Positions 1-12,502 of a DNA stretch of 64,000 nucleotides are shown here, piece by piece. The DNA comes from Chrysemys picta bellii (lineage: Eukaryota). Position 1 is the stretch's first letter, and each line of letters opens with the position of its first letter. Where the stretch lies: the NCBI RefSeq assembly GCF_011386835.1, contig NC_088794.1, positions 6,138,001 to 6,202,000 on the forward strand. The letters are read 5' to 3'. The position numbers and the translations under genes were made by a program. The notes beneath the pieces are model-generated. The model saw nothing but the letters and a program-made list of their open reading frames with translations, searched no databases and was not told where the DNA came from.

Positions 1-3000
1 AGCTGAATGACAACTTCTCCCCAGGGAAATGGAAAGTTGGCAAATTCAGACCTGAACCATGGAAATACTGGTGCTTGTCACAAAACAGGGGAGTTTTTAC
101 ACAGCAAATTTGTGTTTTTTTTAAAGAAAATATTAAACCGCAGAAATTTCAGCCTAAAACTTTTGGCTGAAAATCAAAAATGTCTCTTTGCCCTGTGGCC
201 TTAGGGGAGTTATTGTTTGGGTGTCTTGTATGGCAATTCCCCTCAAAGAGCCGAGGTGTCTGGCAGGACTCTATCTCCCATTGTTCTGATCCCGGGGTGC
301 CCAGCCTATGGCCTGCAGTCCATATATGGACAACTAGAGCATTTTGTAAGGTCTGCAGCCCACTTCAACACAATCTACTGACGGCCAATTCAGGGGCGCT
401 GGAACAATTTTTATAGTGGGGCTGCTGGAAGCCATTGAACCAAACAGTAAGCCCTGTACAGGATGGAAACCACTTCAAGCCAGGGGGTGCAGCAGCAGCA
501 TCCCTAGGTCCAACACCTAGGGGCCAATTCATTAGTGTTTAGACGCTATGTTTACATCATTTTAGTTTGCACAAGTGTGTAAATAGACAATCCTGTACAT
601 AGAAACAACCCAAAGACACATGAAACAAGCTGAACTTAAAATATAAAGCAATACAGGTGACTTTAAATCTTATTAAAATGTGTAGAATCTGCTTGCCCCC
701 CACTGTTTGGTTCATGTGGCCCTCCTGTGTAATAGGGTTGGGCACCACTGTAATCTGATCCATTAAGACAATTTCTTATGGCCCAAATTCTTGGGAGTTA
801 GGTGCCTAAATGCTGTTGAGGATCGGGGCCTGTGTTCCTATGTGCAGCGCTAGTCAGGAAAGCAAAACTAACATGTCAGACTGCGTAAGGGATAAGATAG
901 ATTTGCAAATTTTAAGACCAGAAGGGGCCATTATTATTACAATTAATATTGAGCAGCACTTTTTGTTTAAAGGTCCTCTCTTCTATATGCTTAAACATCG
1001 GATTGCGTCTCTGGATTATATTTTCTGTGCTAGGTCTCTGTTGAACCAAGAGAATTTCCAAGCAGCCCGTTGTTACAGCACCTGTGGGTGTGTCTGTACG
1101 GCCGCTCAGAGCGTTCACTCAAGCTAGCATGCTACACGTAGTCATGTGGACATTGCAGCACCCGTAAGCAGCTCAAACTAGCTGGCTGTCTCCAGGCCTC
1201 CACGACCCCTGAGTCTGAGCTCATGTGGCTAACTAGAGCCACTGCCAGTGACGCAATGTCTAAACAGCAAGTTTTACACATTAGCTCTAGAGGAGCTAAA
1301 GTGAGTCTGCCTAACCGGGCTGGGAGGTGGCAAAGTTTGCAGATGACATGGAATTGCTTTGGTGAGTCCAGGCAGGGGAATGAGAGTGAAAACTTCAGAG
1401 GGACCTAGCTGAAAGTTGTGGGAATGGGCAGCTCAGTGGCAGGTGAAGTTAATTGTTGACAAAGAATTTGAACAGCTCACGCAAAATTCTGTGTTCTAAG
1501 GTCAGTAACTGCCAGTGAAACATTCTCTGGTGTTACTGTGAAGAGCTGAATGACAACTTCTCCCCAGGGAAATGGAAAGTTGGCAAATTCAGACCTGAAC
1601 CATGGAAATACTGGTGCTAGTCACAAAACAGGGGAGTTTTTACACAGCAAATTTGTGGTTTTTTTTAAAGAAAATATGAAACCCCAGAAATGTTCAGCCT
1701 TAAACTTTTGTCTGAAAATCAAAAATGTCTCTTTGGAAATGATTCCCTGTGGTCTTAGGGGAGTTATTGTTTGGGTATCTCGTATGGCAATTCCCCTCAA
1801 AGAGCTGGGTGTCTGGCAGGACTCTATCTCCCATTGTTCGGATCCCGGGGGTGCCCAGCCTATGGCCTGCAGTCCATATATGGACCACTAGAGCATTTTG
1901 TAAGGTCTGCAGCTCACTTCAACACAATCTACTGACGGCCAATTCAGGGGCGCTGGAACAATTTTTATAGTGGGGCTGCTGGAAGCCATTGAACCAACGT
2001 GTGAACCCTGTACATGATGGAAACCACTTCAAGCCAGGGGGTGCAGCAGCAGCCCCCCTACGTCCAGCACCTAGGGGCCAATTCATTAGTGTTTTGGTGA
2101 CATGTTTATATCATTTTAGTTTACACATGTGTGTAAATAGAAAATCCTGTCCATAGAAACAACCCAAAGAGACACAAAACAAGTTGAACTTAAAATATAA
2201 ATCAATACAGGCAACTTTAAATCTTATTAAAATGTGTAGAATCTGCTTGCCCCCCAGTGTTTGGTTCATGTGGCCCTCCTGTATAATGGGGTTGGGCACC
2301 ACTGTAATCTGATCCATTAAGACAATTTCTTATGGCCCAAATTCTTGGGAGTTAGGTGCTTAAATACAGTTGAGGATCGGGGCCTATGTTCTTATGTGCA
2401 GCTCTAGTCAGGAAAGCAAAACCAAAACGTCAGAAGGCATAAGGGATAAGATAGATTTGCGCATTTTAAGGCCAGAAGGGACCATTGTAATACATAATTA
2501 TAATAATTAAAACTGAGCAGCACTTTTTGGTTAACGGTCCTCTCTTCTATATGCTTAAACATCGGATTGCGTCTCTGGATTATATTTTCTGTGCTAGGTC
2601 TCTGTTGAACCAAGAGAATTTCCAAGCAGCCCGTTGTTACAGCACCTGTGGGTGTGTCTGTACAGCCGCTCAGAGCGTTCACTCAAGCTAGCATGCTACA
2701 TGTAGTCATGTGGACATTGCAGCACCCGTGGCAGCTCAAACTAGCTGGCTGTCTCCAGGCCTCCACGACCCCTGAGTCTGAGCTCATGTGGCTAACTAGA
2801 GCCACTGCCAGTGACGCAATGTCTAAACAGCAAGTTTTACACATTAGCTCTAGAGGAGCTAAAGTGAGCCTGCCTAACCGGGCTGGGAGGTGGCAAAGTT
2901 TGCAGATAGCATGGAATTGCTTTGGTGAGTCCAGGCAGGGGAATGAGAGTGAAAACTTCAGAGGGACCTAGCTGAAAATTGTGGGAATGGGCAGCTCAGT

Positions 3001-5155
3001 GGCAGGTGAAGTTAATTGTTGACAAAGAATTTGAACAGCTCACGCAAAATTCTGTGTTCTAAGGTCAGTAACTGCCAGTGAAACATTCTCTGGTGTTACT
3101 GTGAAGAGCTGAATGACAACTTCTCCCCAGGGAAATGGAAAGTTGGCAAATTCAGACCTGAACCATGGAAATACTGGTGTTAGTCACAAAACAGGGGAGT
3201 TTTTACACAGCAAATTTGTTTTTGTTTTCTAAGAAAATATTAAACCCCAGAAAAGTTCAGCCTAAAACTTTTGTCTGAAAACCAAAAATGTCTTTTTGGA
3301 AATGATTCCCTGTGGCCTTAGGGGAATTATTGTTTGGGTGTCTCATGTGGCAATTCTCCTCAAAGAGCTGGGGTGTCTGGCAGGACTCTATCTCCCATTG
3401 TTCGGATCCCGAGATGCCCAGCCTATGGCCTGCAGTCCATATATGGACCACCAGAGCATTTTCTAAGGTTTTCAGCCCACTTCAACACAATCTACTGACG
3501 GCCAATTTAGGGGTGCTGGAACAATTTTTATAGTGGGGGTGCTGAAATCCCCTAGGTCCAGCACCTATAGGCCAATTCATTAGTGTTTTGGCGCTATGTT
3601 TACATCATTTTAGTTTACACATCTGTGTAAATAGACAATCCTGTAAATAGAAACAACCCAAAGACACATGAAACAAGCTGAACTTAAAATATAAAGCAAT
3701 ACAGGTGACTTTAAATCTTATTAAAATGTGTAGAATCTGCTTGCCCCACAATGTTTGGTTCATGTGGCCCTCCTGTATAATAGGGTTGGGCACCACTGTA
3801 ATCTGGTCCATTAAGACAATTTCTTATGGTCCAAATTCTTGGGAGTTAGGTGCCTAAATACCATCGAGGATCACGGCCTATGTTCTTATGTGCAGCGCTA
3901 GTCAGGAAAGCAAAACTAACATGTCAGACTGCGTAAGGGATAAGATAGATTTGCAGATTTTAAGGTCAGAAGGGACCATTATTATTACAATTAATATTGA
4001 GCAGCACTTTTTGGTTAAAGGTCCTCTCTTCTATATCCTTAAACATCGGATTGCGTCTCTGGATTATATTTTCAGTGCTAGGTCTCTGTTGAACCAAGAG
4101 AATTTCCAAGCAGCCCGTTGTTACAGCACCTGTGGGTGTGTCTGTACGGCCGCTCAGAGCGTGCACTCAAGCTAGCATGCTACACGTAGTCATGTGGACA
4201 TTGTTGCACCCGTGGCAGCTCAAACTAGCTGGCTGTCTCCAAGCCTCCACGACCCCTGAGTCTGAGCTCATGCGGCTAACCAGAGCCACTGCTAGTGCCG
4301 CAATGTCTAAACACCAAGTTTTACACATTAGCTCTAGAGGAGCTAAAGTGAGTCTGCCTAACCGGGCTGGGAGGTGGCAAAGTTTGCAGATGGCATGGAA
4401 TTGCTTTGGTGAGTCCAGGCTGGGGAATGAGAGTGAAAACTTCAGAGGGACCTAGCTGAAAGTTGTGGGAATGGGCAGCTCAGTGGCAGGTGAAATTTAC
4501 TGTTGACAAAGGATTTGAACAGCTCACGCATGATTCTGTGTTCTAAGGTCAGTAACTGCCAGTGAAACATTCTCTGGTGTTACTGTGAAGAGCTGAATGA
4601 CAACTTCTCCCCAGGGAAATGGAAAGTTGGCAAATTCAGACCTGAACAATGGAAATACTGGTGCTTGTCACAAAACAGGGAAGCTTTTACACAGCAAATT
4701 TGTGTTTTTTTAAAGAAAATATTAAACCCAGAAATGTTCAGCCTAAAACTTTTGGCTGAAAATCAAAAATGTCTCTTTGTCCTGTGGCCTTAGGGGAGTT
4801 ATTGTTTGGGTGTCTCGTGTGGCAATTCTCCTCAAAGAGCCGGGGTGTCTGGCAGGACTGTATCTCCCATTGTTCGGATCCCGGGGTGCTCAGCCTACGG
4901 CCTGCAGTCCATATATGGACCAGTAGAGGATTTTGTAAGGTCTGCAGCCCACTTCAACACAATCTACTGATGGCCAATTCAGGGGCACTGGAACAGTTTT
5001 TATAGTGGGGCTGCTGGAAGCCGTTGAACCAAACTGTAAACCCTGTACATGATGGAAACCACTTCAAGCCAGGGGGTGCAGCAGCAGCACCCCTACGTCC
5101 AGCACCTAGGGGCCAATTCATTAGTGTTTTGGTGCCATGTTTACATCATTTTAGT
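1..5155 (+). repeat. Macrosatellite array of ~1.5-kb units (3 full units plus a partial 4th; probably continues left of the window)
   Basis: The marker AGCTGAATGACAACTTCTCCCCAGGG starts at 1, 1544, 3107 and 4591 (periods 1543, 1563, 1484). The ORF track repeats near-identical peptides in each unit. The unit is a mosaic of small DNA-transposon-like relics. Confidence 0.97.
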
Positions 5156-5310
5156 TTTTCCTCAGCAGCTTGTCTCTCTTAGATATTGGCTACTCCTCTG
5201 TGTTTGCCCCAAAGACACTGAACCCCCTGATCTACAGCCTGAGGAACAAGGAGGTGAAGGACGCCTTGAGGAGAACAATATATCAGAAAATTATTCCTCG
5301 CTGTATGTAA
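5155..5310 (+). pseudogene. Collapsed OR pseudogene: a copy of the OR at 28718-29662 lacking its 5' end and an internal 609 bp
   Basis: Reads [21 protein letters not shown]|[29 protein letters not shown]. It matches the reverse complement of 29482-29417 joined to 28807-28718. Confidence 0.93.
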
Positions 5311-5636
5311 CTATGGGGACTTTTTTACTGATCAGTATTGGAGCACAAGCATGAGCTAGTTCTGAGTCATTAAGTCAACATGCAGAAATATCCTTCATTA
5401 TTTGATATACAGGAGAAGACAATAAAGAAATGGAAACTTGAGCCAGATAATGCAGGAAGGCGTAATTTCACTTGATAACAATGTCCAGTAACAGTGTTAC
5501 AGCTTTTCCATTATGCATTGTTATGTGATGTCTGCAAGGATAAGTATCTTCCTCATTTGTTTCATTTGCTACCAAACTGTGTCAGCTAGTGTATCAAGGG
5601 ACACAAAGAGATGATATCAAGAATGTAATTTTTTTG

Positions 5637-5963
5637 ACAGGTTTCAGAACAGCAGCCGTGTTAGTCTGTATCCGCAAAAAGAACAGGAGTACTTGTGGCA
5701 CCTTAGAGACTAACACATTTATTAGAGCATAAGCTTTCGTGGACTACAGCCCACTTCTTCGGATGCATACAGAGTGGAATAAATATTGAGGAGATATATA
5801 TACACACATACAGAGAGCATAAACAGGTGGGAGTTGTCTTACCAACTCTGAGAGGCCAATTAAGTAAGAGAAAAAAAACTTTTGAAGTGATAATCAAGCT
5901 AGCCCAGTACAGACAGTTTGATAAGAAGTGTGAGAATACTTACAAGGGGAGATAGATTCAATG
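5637..5963 (-). mobile_element. Penelope-like element terminal fragment (turtle type)
   Basis: Contains GTTTCAGAACAGCAGCCGTGTTAGTCTGTATCCGCAAAAAGAACAGGAGTACTTGTGGCACCTTAGAGACTAAC. The segment is absent from the duplicate arm at ~28388-28392. Family assignment is from recall of turtle repeats. Confidence 0.75.
5727..5766 (-). ncRNA. Minimal type I hammerhead ribozyme motif inside the Penelope fragment
   Basis: Minus strand reads GCAU-CCGAAGA-A-GUGGGC(UGUA)GUCCAC-GAAA-GCUU-AUGC. Stem I is GCAU/AUGC, stem II has 6 bp, stem III is the palindrome AGCU, and the core has a U4-to-C variant. Confidence 0.7.
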
Positions 5964-6295
5964 TTATCACCTCAGTACCCACATCCCACACCAACCATCA
6001 CTTTACAAGGAAATAAAGTACAGTGTATATGTGGAGGTATATTTGTAGATAGACTGACAGATTGATGGTTATGCACAGGGCTGGATGGGTAGCTAGACAG
6101 ATCGATGTGTGGATAGACAGACAGACAAACATCATTGTGTACACACACATGCAAGAGGAAGGATGACGCATTGGCCAACCTAAGACTAATGAGGTCTGAG
6201 TTCAAGTTCCTGCCATGTGACCTTGCTTAGGTCACTGAGAACCAGTTTTTCAATGTGGGTTTGGTGCCTAAATTCCTTTAAGAATCTTGGTCGCA

Positions 6296-6550
6296 GGGCT
6301 TGTCTACACATGAAATGCTATGGAGGCACCGCTGTATTCCTGAAGTGCTACAGTGTAAGCACTACCTATGCTTACGGGAGGGGCTTTCCATTGGTGCAGA
6401 TAATCAGTCTCCCCGCGAGGCGATAGCTAGGTCAACAGAAGAATTCTTCCTTGACCAAACACTGTCTACACTGGGGGTTGGGTCGGTACAGCGACATCCC
6501 TCAGGGGAGTGGATTTTTCTAATTAAAATTCCTAGTGTAGAACAGGCCTT
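6296..6550. mobile_element. Harbinger-type non-autonomous DNA transposon (MITE) inserted in a MIR/CORE-like SINE relic
   Basis: Ends are GGGCTTGTCTACAC...AGTGTAGAACAGGCC-TTA. The flanks carry SINE-like TGTGACCTTG...CTGTAAAATGGGAATAA. Confidence 0.6.
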
Positions 6551-7375
6551 AGTCTCTCTGGGCCTTACTTCCCCAGCTGTAAAATGGGAATAAGAGCACT
6601 TCCCTATCTCACAGATGGGTAAGTACATTGAAGATTGTGAGATGTGCGGCTACTGAAGGAGCAATAAGAGTAGATAAGATCACATATTACACCAAATTAG
6701 CCACCTAGCTGTATACTTACCGGTCTACATTTGAAAAGCGAGTACTGATTCTGGATGCTTCCATTTTTCAGTTCCCAACCTGAGACCACTTCCCGGGACT
6801 GGGTTATCAGACAGCACTGAGCACCTGCCCTCTAAAACCTTTCTAAGAGGTCTCAGCTTGGGCACCCAAAAATTGAAACACCCAATACTATAGCAGAATG
6901 AGAACTCAGCTATAGTTAAGACCAGCCTTCTGTTTAAAACTTGACTGTTCTAAGTGCTCTAAAAGCTACACCACAGTTACTCAGATTGCCTCACAATTTG
7001 GTGTGCCTCATGGGGGTATGGGGCTCTGCTACAAACCCAAATTTGGGGCCATTTGATCACAGAGTTCCAGAGATACCCTAGCCCCAAAGAGCTTTTCTTA
7101 AAATTAACAGATTCTACACTTCTCCTTACCCAACATTAAATCTACAGACTGCTCTTGTCTCCTGCCTCACTATTGACAATACCCATGACAAGAAAAACCC
7201 GCTGCCCTGCTACTGACATAACCTACTCAATTTGGTATTGAAATGATGTAGCCTTAAGGGACACCTGCACCTGTCAGGGATGGTCCAGATAATACTTGGT
7301 CCTGCCTCAGTGAAGGGGACTGGACTAGATGAACTATTGAGGTCCTATCCAGTGCTATATTTTTATGATTTATAT

Positions 7376-7743
7376 CAGGAGTTCTCAACCTTTCCAGACT
7401 ACTGGACCCCTTTCCAGAGGTGGATTTGGTCTTATGTACACCCAAGTTTCATGTCACTTAAAAACTACTTGCTTACAAAATCAGACATAAAAATACAAGT
7501 GTCGCAACACACTACTACTGAAAAATTGCTTACTTTCTCCTTTTTAATCATATAATTATAAAATAGATTGCAACCCTCCCATTGAGAAACACAGAGCAGT
7601 ATAAAGAAGCCATTGCCTGTATATAATTTTAGTTTGTACTGACTTCGCTAGCACTTCTCATGTAGTCTGTTGTAAGACTAGGCAAATATCTAGATGAGTT
7701 GATGTACCCCCAGGGCTGCGCGTACCCTGGTTGAGAACCATTG
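7376..7743. mobile_element. hAT-type MITE
   Basis: Terminal inverted repeats (TIRs) are CAGGAGTTCTCAACC and GGTTGAGAACCATTG. The 8-bp target-site duplication (TSD) is ATTTATAT / ATTGATAT (7/8 match). Confidence 0.8.
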
Positions 7744-8619
7744 ATTGATATGACTCCTTTCCTTCGATCACACACGCTGGAGGACTGAGATCCATGTCTT
7801 GTCATATCTCAGTCACAGCGCTAGGATGCTTCTCAAACGAATCCCCAGATCTCCACATAGCACAATCACAGCACTTCCAAGCTGCTCCAACTTATTCCTC
7901 TGCCATTCCGTACATCTACCATACAGTACAGTCAATGCAGCTGGAGTGCAAGCAAATCATTCCCAGTGGTTATTACCAGCTCCAGTGGGCAGAGTTACAG
8001 TTGTGTGGGCATTTCCCTGAACTTTGTATTTCCTGGTATTCACAAGTTTGAGTTTTGCTGAATTCAACATTCTGGAATGGCACGAGCCATCATCGGGCAA
8101 CCATAACTCTGTGTTAATGTAGGGTTTCTTTTGGCCATTTATTCACTAGTTAGATAAGAATCATACGCTTTACAGCAATATTTTCCAGACTATCTGTTGC
8201 ATGCCTTTATTGGTTCTTGTCTAATACTGAGATTGTACGCCCCTTGGGGCAGGGAACATGTGATTCTGATTTAGTTTTGAAACACCTTGCACATTGCTGG
8301 CTGCTCTGAAAATAATAATAATAATAAACATAATAACAGTGTGATGCTAACACATGTTAGCTTAATACACTGCTGGTCGGTGCTCAGATATTATGGTGAT
8401 ATTGATCTATACAGAATAGAATCAGAAATTGGAGCTTTATTTTGGGCCTCCTTCCACCCAAATGTGGAAGATCAATTATCCTTGTGGAAAAAAAACAGGA
8501 ATAGAAATAGTGGGCATGTGAATAAAAATCTCTTCTCGCATCCCCGCTCCCAACAGAACAATAGATCTGAGGGCAATTATTCTGTACCCAAAATGTCTGG
8601 CTGCACCATGAGTCTTAGT

Positions 8620-8783
8620 TACTTAATTGTGCGATTCTGTCATCAAGAGATCTGAAAACTCCCGGGAATCTGTCTTGGCTTTATAAGCTAGCAATAAACA
8701 CTTCATCTTAAAACTCCGTCCTTTTACTAATGTAAATCCTTCGAAGTCTTTCAGTAAATGCCAGCTTTCATCAGCAGGTAGGT
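8620..8783 (+). promoter_or_regulatory. Putative promoter and non-coding first exon of the OR at 11027
   Basis: Homeodomain-type TAATTG at 8624-8629, O/E-like TCCCGGGAA at 8660-8668, TTTATAA at 8680-8686, and splice donor CAG|GTAGGT at 8778. A matching acceptor TTTTTCCCTGCAG ends at 11005. Confidence 0.45.
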
Positions 8784-11026
8784 TTCACGGGGCTATATTT
8801 GAACCAAGCGGGAATAAATAATGGAGTAAACCACTGTATTTTCCTGAGCTAGAAGCATCTTCTTTTTAATGTAACCCTATTTTATCTTATTTATTGGTTA
8901 GTCAAAGTGAAATGTAGCTAGCAGGCTGGAAAGCTGAAATAATAGGAAGCAAATGGTGCAGAAATTATTCATGATGGACAAGATTCTGATAAATCTCTCT
9001 TGTTGGGAAGTAATTTAATCCTCAGATTGCACCATTCATTTACATTGGTTAGTCATGGGATAAAGTATTAGGCAGCATTAGAGCTGGTTTGAGATTTTAA
9101 ATTATAATTAATTTATATAATTTTTAATGACAATTAATTAAAGTTTAAATTTTGTGGGAAATTTCATGAAGCTTCCCCATCACCATTGCAGTTTTTACAA
9201 AAAAACAAAAACAAAACAGCAGCGCCCCTCCTCTCTATGTAAATATTTTGGGTTTGAAAAAATGTTATTAAAATCTGTAGGGTTTTAGGTTCCAAATTTC
9301 ACAACATATTGAAAATGTCCCACCCCAAATATCTGGGGTTTGTTTTCCTTTTTTTCCCCTGACACATCAGAGGAAGTTAGACTACACTGAAAATTTTCTG
9401 CAAAAATGCATTTTAAATAAATTCAACCACCTCCACTCAACATGGGTACCAATATATCACATTCTGGTCCTAAATAAAGCAAAGGGCTACATAGATGACA
9501 AACAGTTTTACAGAAGAGTTAGGAAACCCCAAAGTTAAAGATACAGATGCCATCTTAATTCTTTCCCCTTCTGCAGATTCATTATAAGAGTTCAGATAGT
9601 TTTAAGTTCAATTGAAGTTTTGCCACTTGTCTTTAATAAGATCAGGATTTAGTGCAAAATATAGATATATATGTACCTGACATGAAAATTATCCATATAT
9701 TTCTAACCAGTAAAGGAGCACTAAATGACAAACTCACTTTTCTGCAACACTGAAAAAAATGTCCATGTGGCTCCAGGCACTGTATAGTGTGGAGGTAGTG
9801 CCACATATAAGGCTGAGTTTGCTTCCACTTAAGCAGAGATTCACTGTGGTGTGCTAAGATCACTGCCTTCCGTGCTGATCTTATTAACTCCTTGTTTCCT
9901 TGTACTCCCCTATTAATCTGTATTTGTCCAGTTGTTGCCTCTTGACATATTTAAGCCATGTCCTCCTTGTATTTACAGCACTACGCTCTAACTAAAGAAT
10001 GAATTTTCTGAGAATTTGCTATTGCATCTGTTAATACATTTCTGAGTTAAAATTAATTAAAAAATAGGTCCTTTAAATATTTAACACAGTGTCAAACCAT
10101 TTATTTCTCCCTAAATAACCCAACCCAGGTCCTCCCTATTTCAATGGAAATTACCAAAGTCTTGGGTGGATCTGGGGCAGTGGTTGGTTTCTCAAAACAA
10201 CTTTTTAGGTCTTTTTCCCTTTTATTTTACTTAACTGAAAATGTCCCCTTCGCAGTAAAGTGTATTAACAAAACACTATTGATAGTGTCATAGTCTTTGA
10301 AACAATTCACATAGTAATTTATTTCTAAATCACTGTCCATGCAAGCTCGTTTTCATTAGTACTCTGTGGTGTTATATTTCGTGTGCTGAATGTTGTCTAC
10401 ATACTCATTTTCATGTGAATGGTTTTAAGGGACACTAAGCCAAATTCTGCACCCTCTACCACTGGGTTATTTTGAGAGTAAATGCATTAACTACTGTACA
10501 GTCACAATGGAGTCTAACAACTTGTCGATTGAAGGATTTAGATTTATTTATAAGAATATACCATTTCAGGACTGCATCATGATCATACAATTGATGATGT
10601 TCCAGTAATTAATTTGAGTGACAGTTACTATGTTAACCAACAAGAGGCACTGAACTGGAACTCTCTAGAATACAAAGCAGGAGTGTCTACAGCTTGGCTA
10701 AAGAACCAGCCATGGAAGCAATGGGCTATAACAGAAACACATCCTCTGTACATCAGGCAGTGAATGGGACACACATAACGCATGCTAACCAGTGGGTTAC
10801 AGATACACTATGTACGTTAAGGTCATACGTCGCTATGCATTCCAGACTGGTTTAATTTGTCCACTGCCTGCTCTCTGAAGTTCTTGCAGCTATTGCCCGC
10901 ACTCACAGGGAGATGGGGCACTCAAAAGCCCAGAGCCTGCACAGAGCACTGTATAAATGGAAATCAGTTGCTACAAGCATTATGATTAATTATTTTTCCC
11001 TGCAGATAACGAGGAAGTTAACACGA

Positions 11027-11968
11027 ATGACTGGAGACAATCACACCACAGTGACCAAGTTCATTCTCGTTGGATTAACAGATTGTGTGGAGCTGCAGGT
11101 CCCTCTTTTTGTCACATTTTTTCTCATCTATCTCATCACCCTGCTGGGGAATATAGGGATGATCTTGGTAATTCAGATCGAGCCCCAACTCCACACGCCC
11201 ATGTACTTCTTCCTCAGCAACTTGTCTTTCCTAGATGTCTGCTATTCCTCCACCATTACTCCCAATATGCTGGTCAATTTCTTAGTGGAGAGTAAAGCCA
11301 TTTCTTACAGCGGGTGCATTACACAATATGGCTTCTTTGTTGTGTTTGTCACCGCTGAGATCTTCCTCCTGGCTGTGATGGCGTATGATCGTTATGTGGC
11401 CATCTGTAATCCACTGCTCTACACAGTCACCATGACCAAGAGGGTCTGCATAACGCTGGTGGTTGGGTCGTATTTCTCGGGCTTGATTAACTCTTTGATA
11501 AACACAAGCAGTTTGCAGAGATTATCCTTTTGTGATTCCAATGTCATCAATAACTTTTACTGTGATCTCACCTCTCTCCTGAAACTCTCCTGCAGTGATG
11601 TCTCTGTCAACGAGAGGCTACTCTTTACCTGCGGCAGTTTGTTTGAAATGAGCACGTTTCTGATCATCATCATCTCGTACATTCTTATTGTAATTGCTGT
11701 GCTGAGGATTCGTTCTGTCCAGGGCAGGCGTAAAGCGTTCGCCACCTGCGCCTCCCACCTGACAGCTGTTACTATGTTCCATGGGACCATTTTCTTCATG
11801 TATTTGCGACCCAGTGCCAGCTACTCACTGGATACAGATCAAATAGCCTCCGTGTTCTATACGATAGTGATCCCCATGTTGAACCCCCTGATCTACAGCC
11901 TGAGGAACAGGGATGTGAAATGTGCTGTAAGGAAAGTGCTAAGTAGAAAAGTGATTATTACTCAGTGA
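11027..11968 (+). CDS. Olfactory receptor, class II, OR5-like (intact, 313 aa)
   Basis: Motifs [34 protein letters not shown] and [12 protein letters not shown], plus an N-terminal NHT glycosylation site. The ORF-track start at 10913 lies upstream of the splice acceptor (AG 11004-11005), so the real start is MTGDNHT at 11027. Confidence 0.95.
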   Translation: MTGDNHTTVTKFILVGLTDCVELQVPLFVTFFLIYLITLLGNIGMILVIQIEPQLHTPMYFFLSNLSFLDVCYSSTITPNMLVNFLVESKAISYSGCITQYGFFVVFVTAEIFLLAVMAYDRYVAICNPLLYTVTMTKRVCITLVVGSYFSGLINSLINTSSLQRLSFCDSNVINNFYCDLTSLLKLSCSDVSVNERLLFTCGSLFEMSTFLIIIISYILIVIAVLRIRSVQGRRKAFATCASHLTAVTMFHGTIFFMYLRPSASYSLDTDQIASVFYTIVIPMLNPLIYSLRNRDVKCAVRKVLSRKVIITQ

Positions 11969-12502
11969 AATTCTAGCATAACATCCTTCAGAGTAACTAA
12001 CGGGGAAGGGGGGTAGGAAAAAGGGGTCTGTGCTGGGGTGGAATCAAGAATTTCATGCCAGCAGCATTGCCAAAAACAGTGTAAAGGCTCTTCCAGGTCA
12101 CCGATGTGTAAGGTGTTTATCAAAACCACACAATGTGCATTGCATGATATAAATTCACTATATCACTTAAAAGTTCTATGATCTCAGATCCTGAGTAGAA
12201 CAGCATTGTATCAGTCTGCTCAATTTTTAATCTAAATAAATAAAACACCTTTCATGTAACCCCCACCTTCCCAAGTGCTCAGCCCACTCTCATGGTGAAC
12301 TGGATGGTGTACCAATACTCCTGACCCCCACTGGGTGGAATCAGAGTTATGTTCACAGCATACACATAGAGACATTAGATGAAAGCCTAAAATACACTTT
12401 TGGAAGGTTGCAACATAATAAACACTTTTATTTCTTTAGAATTCAGAACAATAACATACAAGAACCTTGAAACAGAGAGAGACAAAGCAGGCTGCTCCCT
12501 AA

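Larger units (their letters stand above)
5155..7340 (+). repeat. Left arm of an inverted segmental duplication (partner 27184-29482)
   Basis: Continuous reverse-complement match, by eye in the mid-to-high 90s percent identity. For example 5311-5400 matches 28621-28717, and 7311-7340 matches 27184-27213. Confidence 0.95.

Noticed and set aside
1-5155. Recurrent 60-110 aa ORFs in the macrosatellite as a tandem protein-coding gene family
   Set aside because: Frames break differently between units (a stop at ~1166 in unit 1, and different ends for the MTTSPQ ORF). Overlapping ORFs occur on both strands with no recognisable domain, so the recurrence just reflects DNA identity.
7794-8051. Possible OR pseudogene or exon
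   Set aside because: No OR motifs in any listed frame and no convincing splice pattern.
10913-11026. N-terminal extensions of the OR ORFs (also 45355-45405)
   Set aside because: They run through polypyrimidine-AG splice acceptors, and the canonical OR start with its N-glycosylation site lies downstream.
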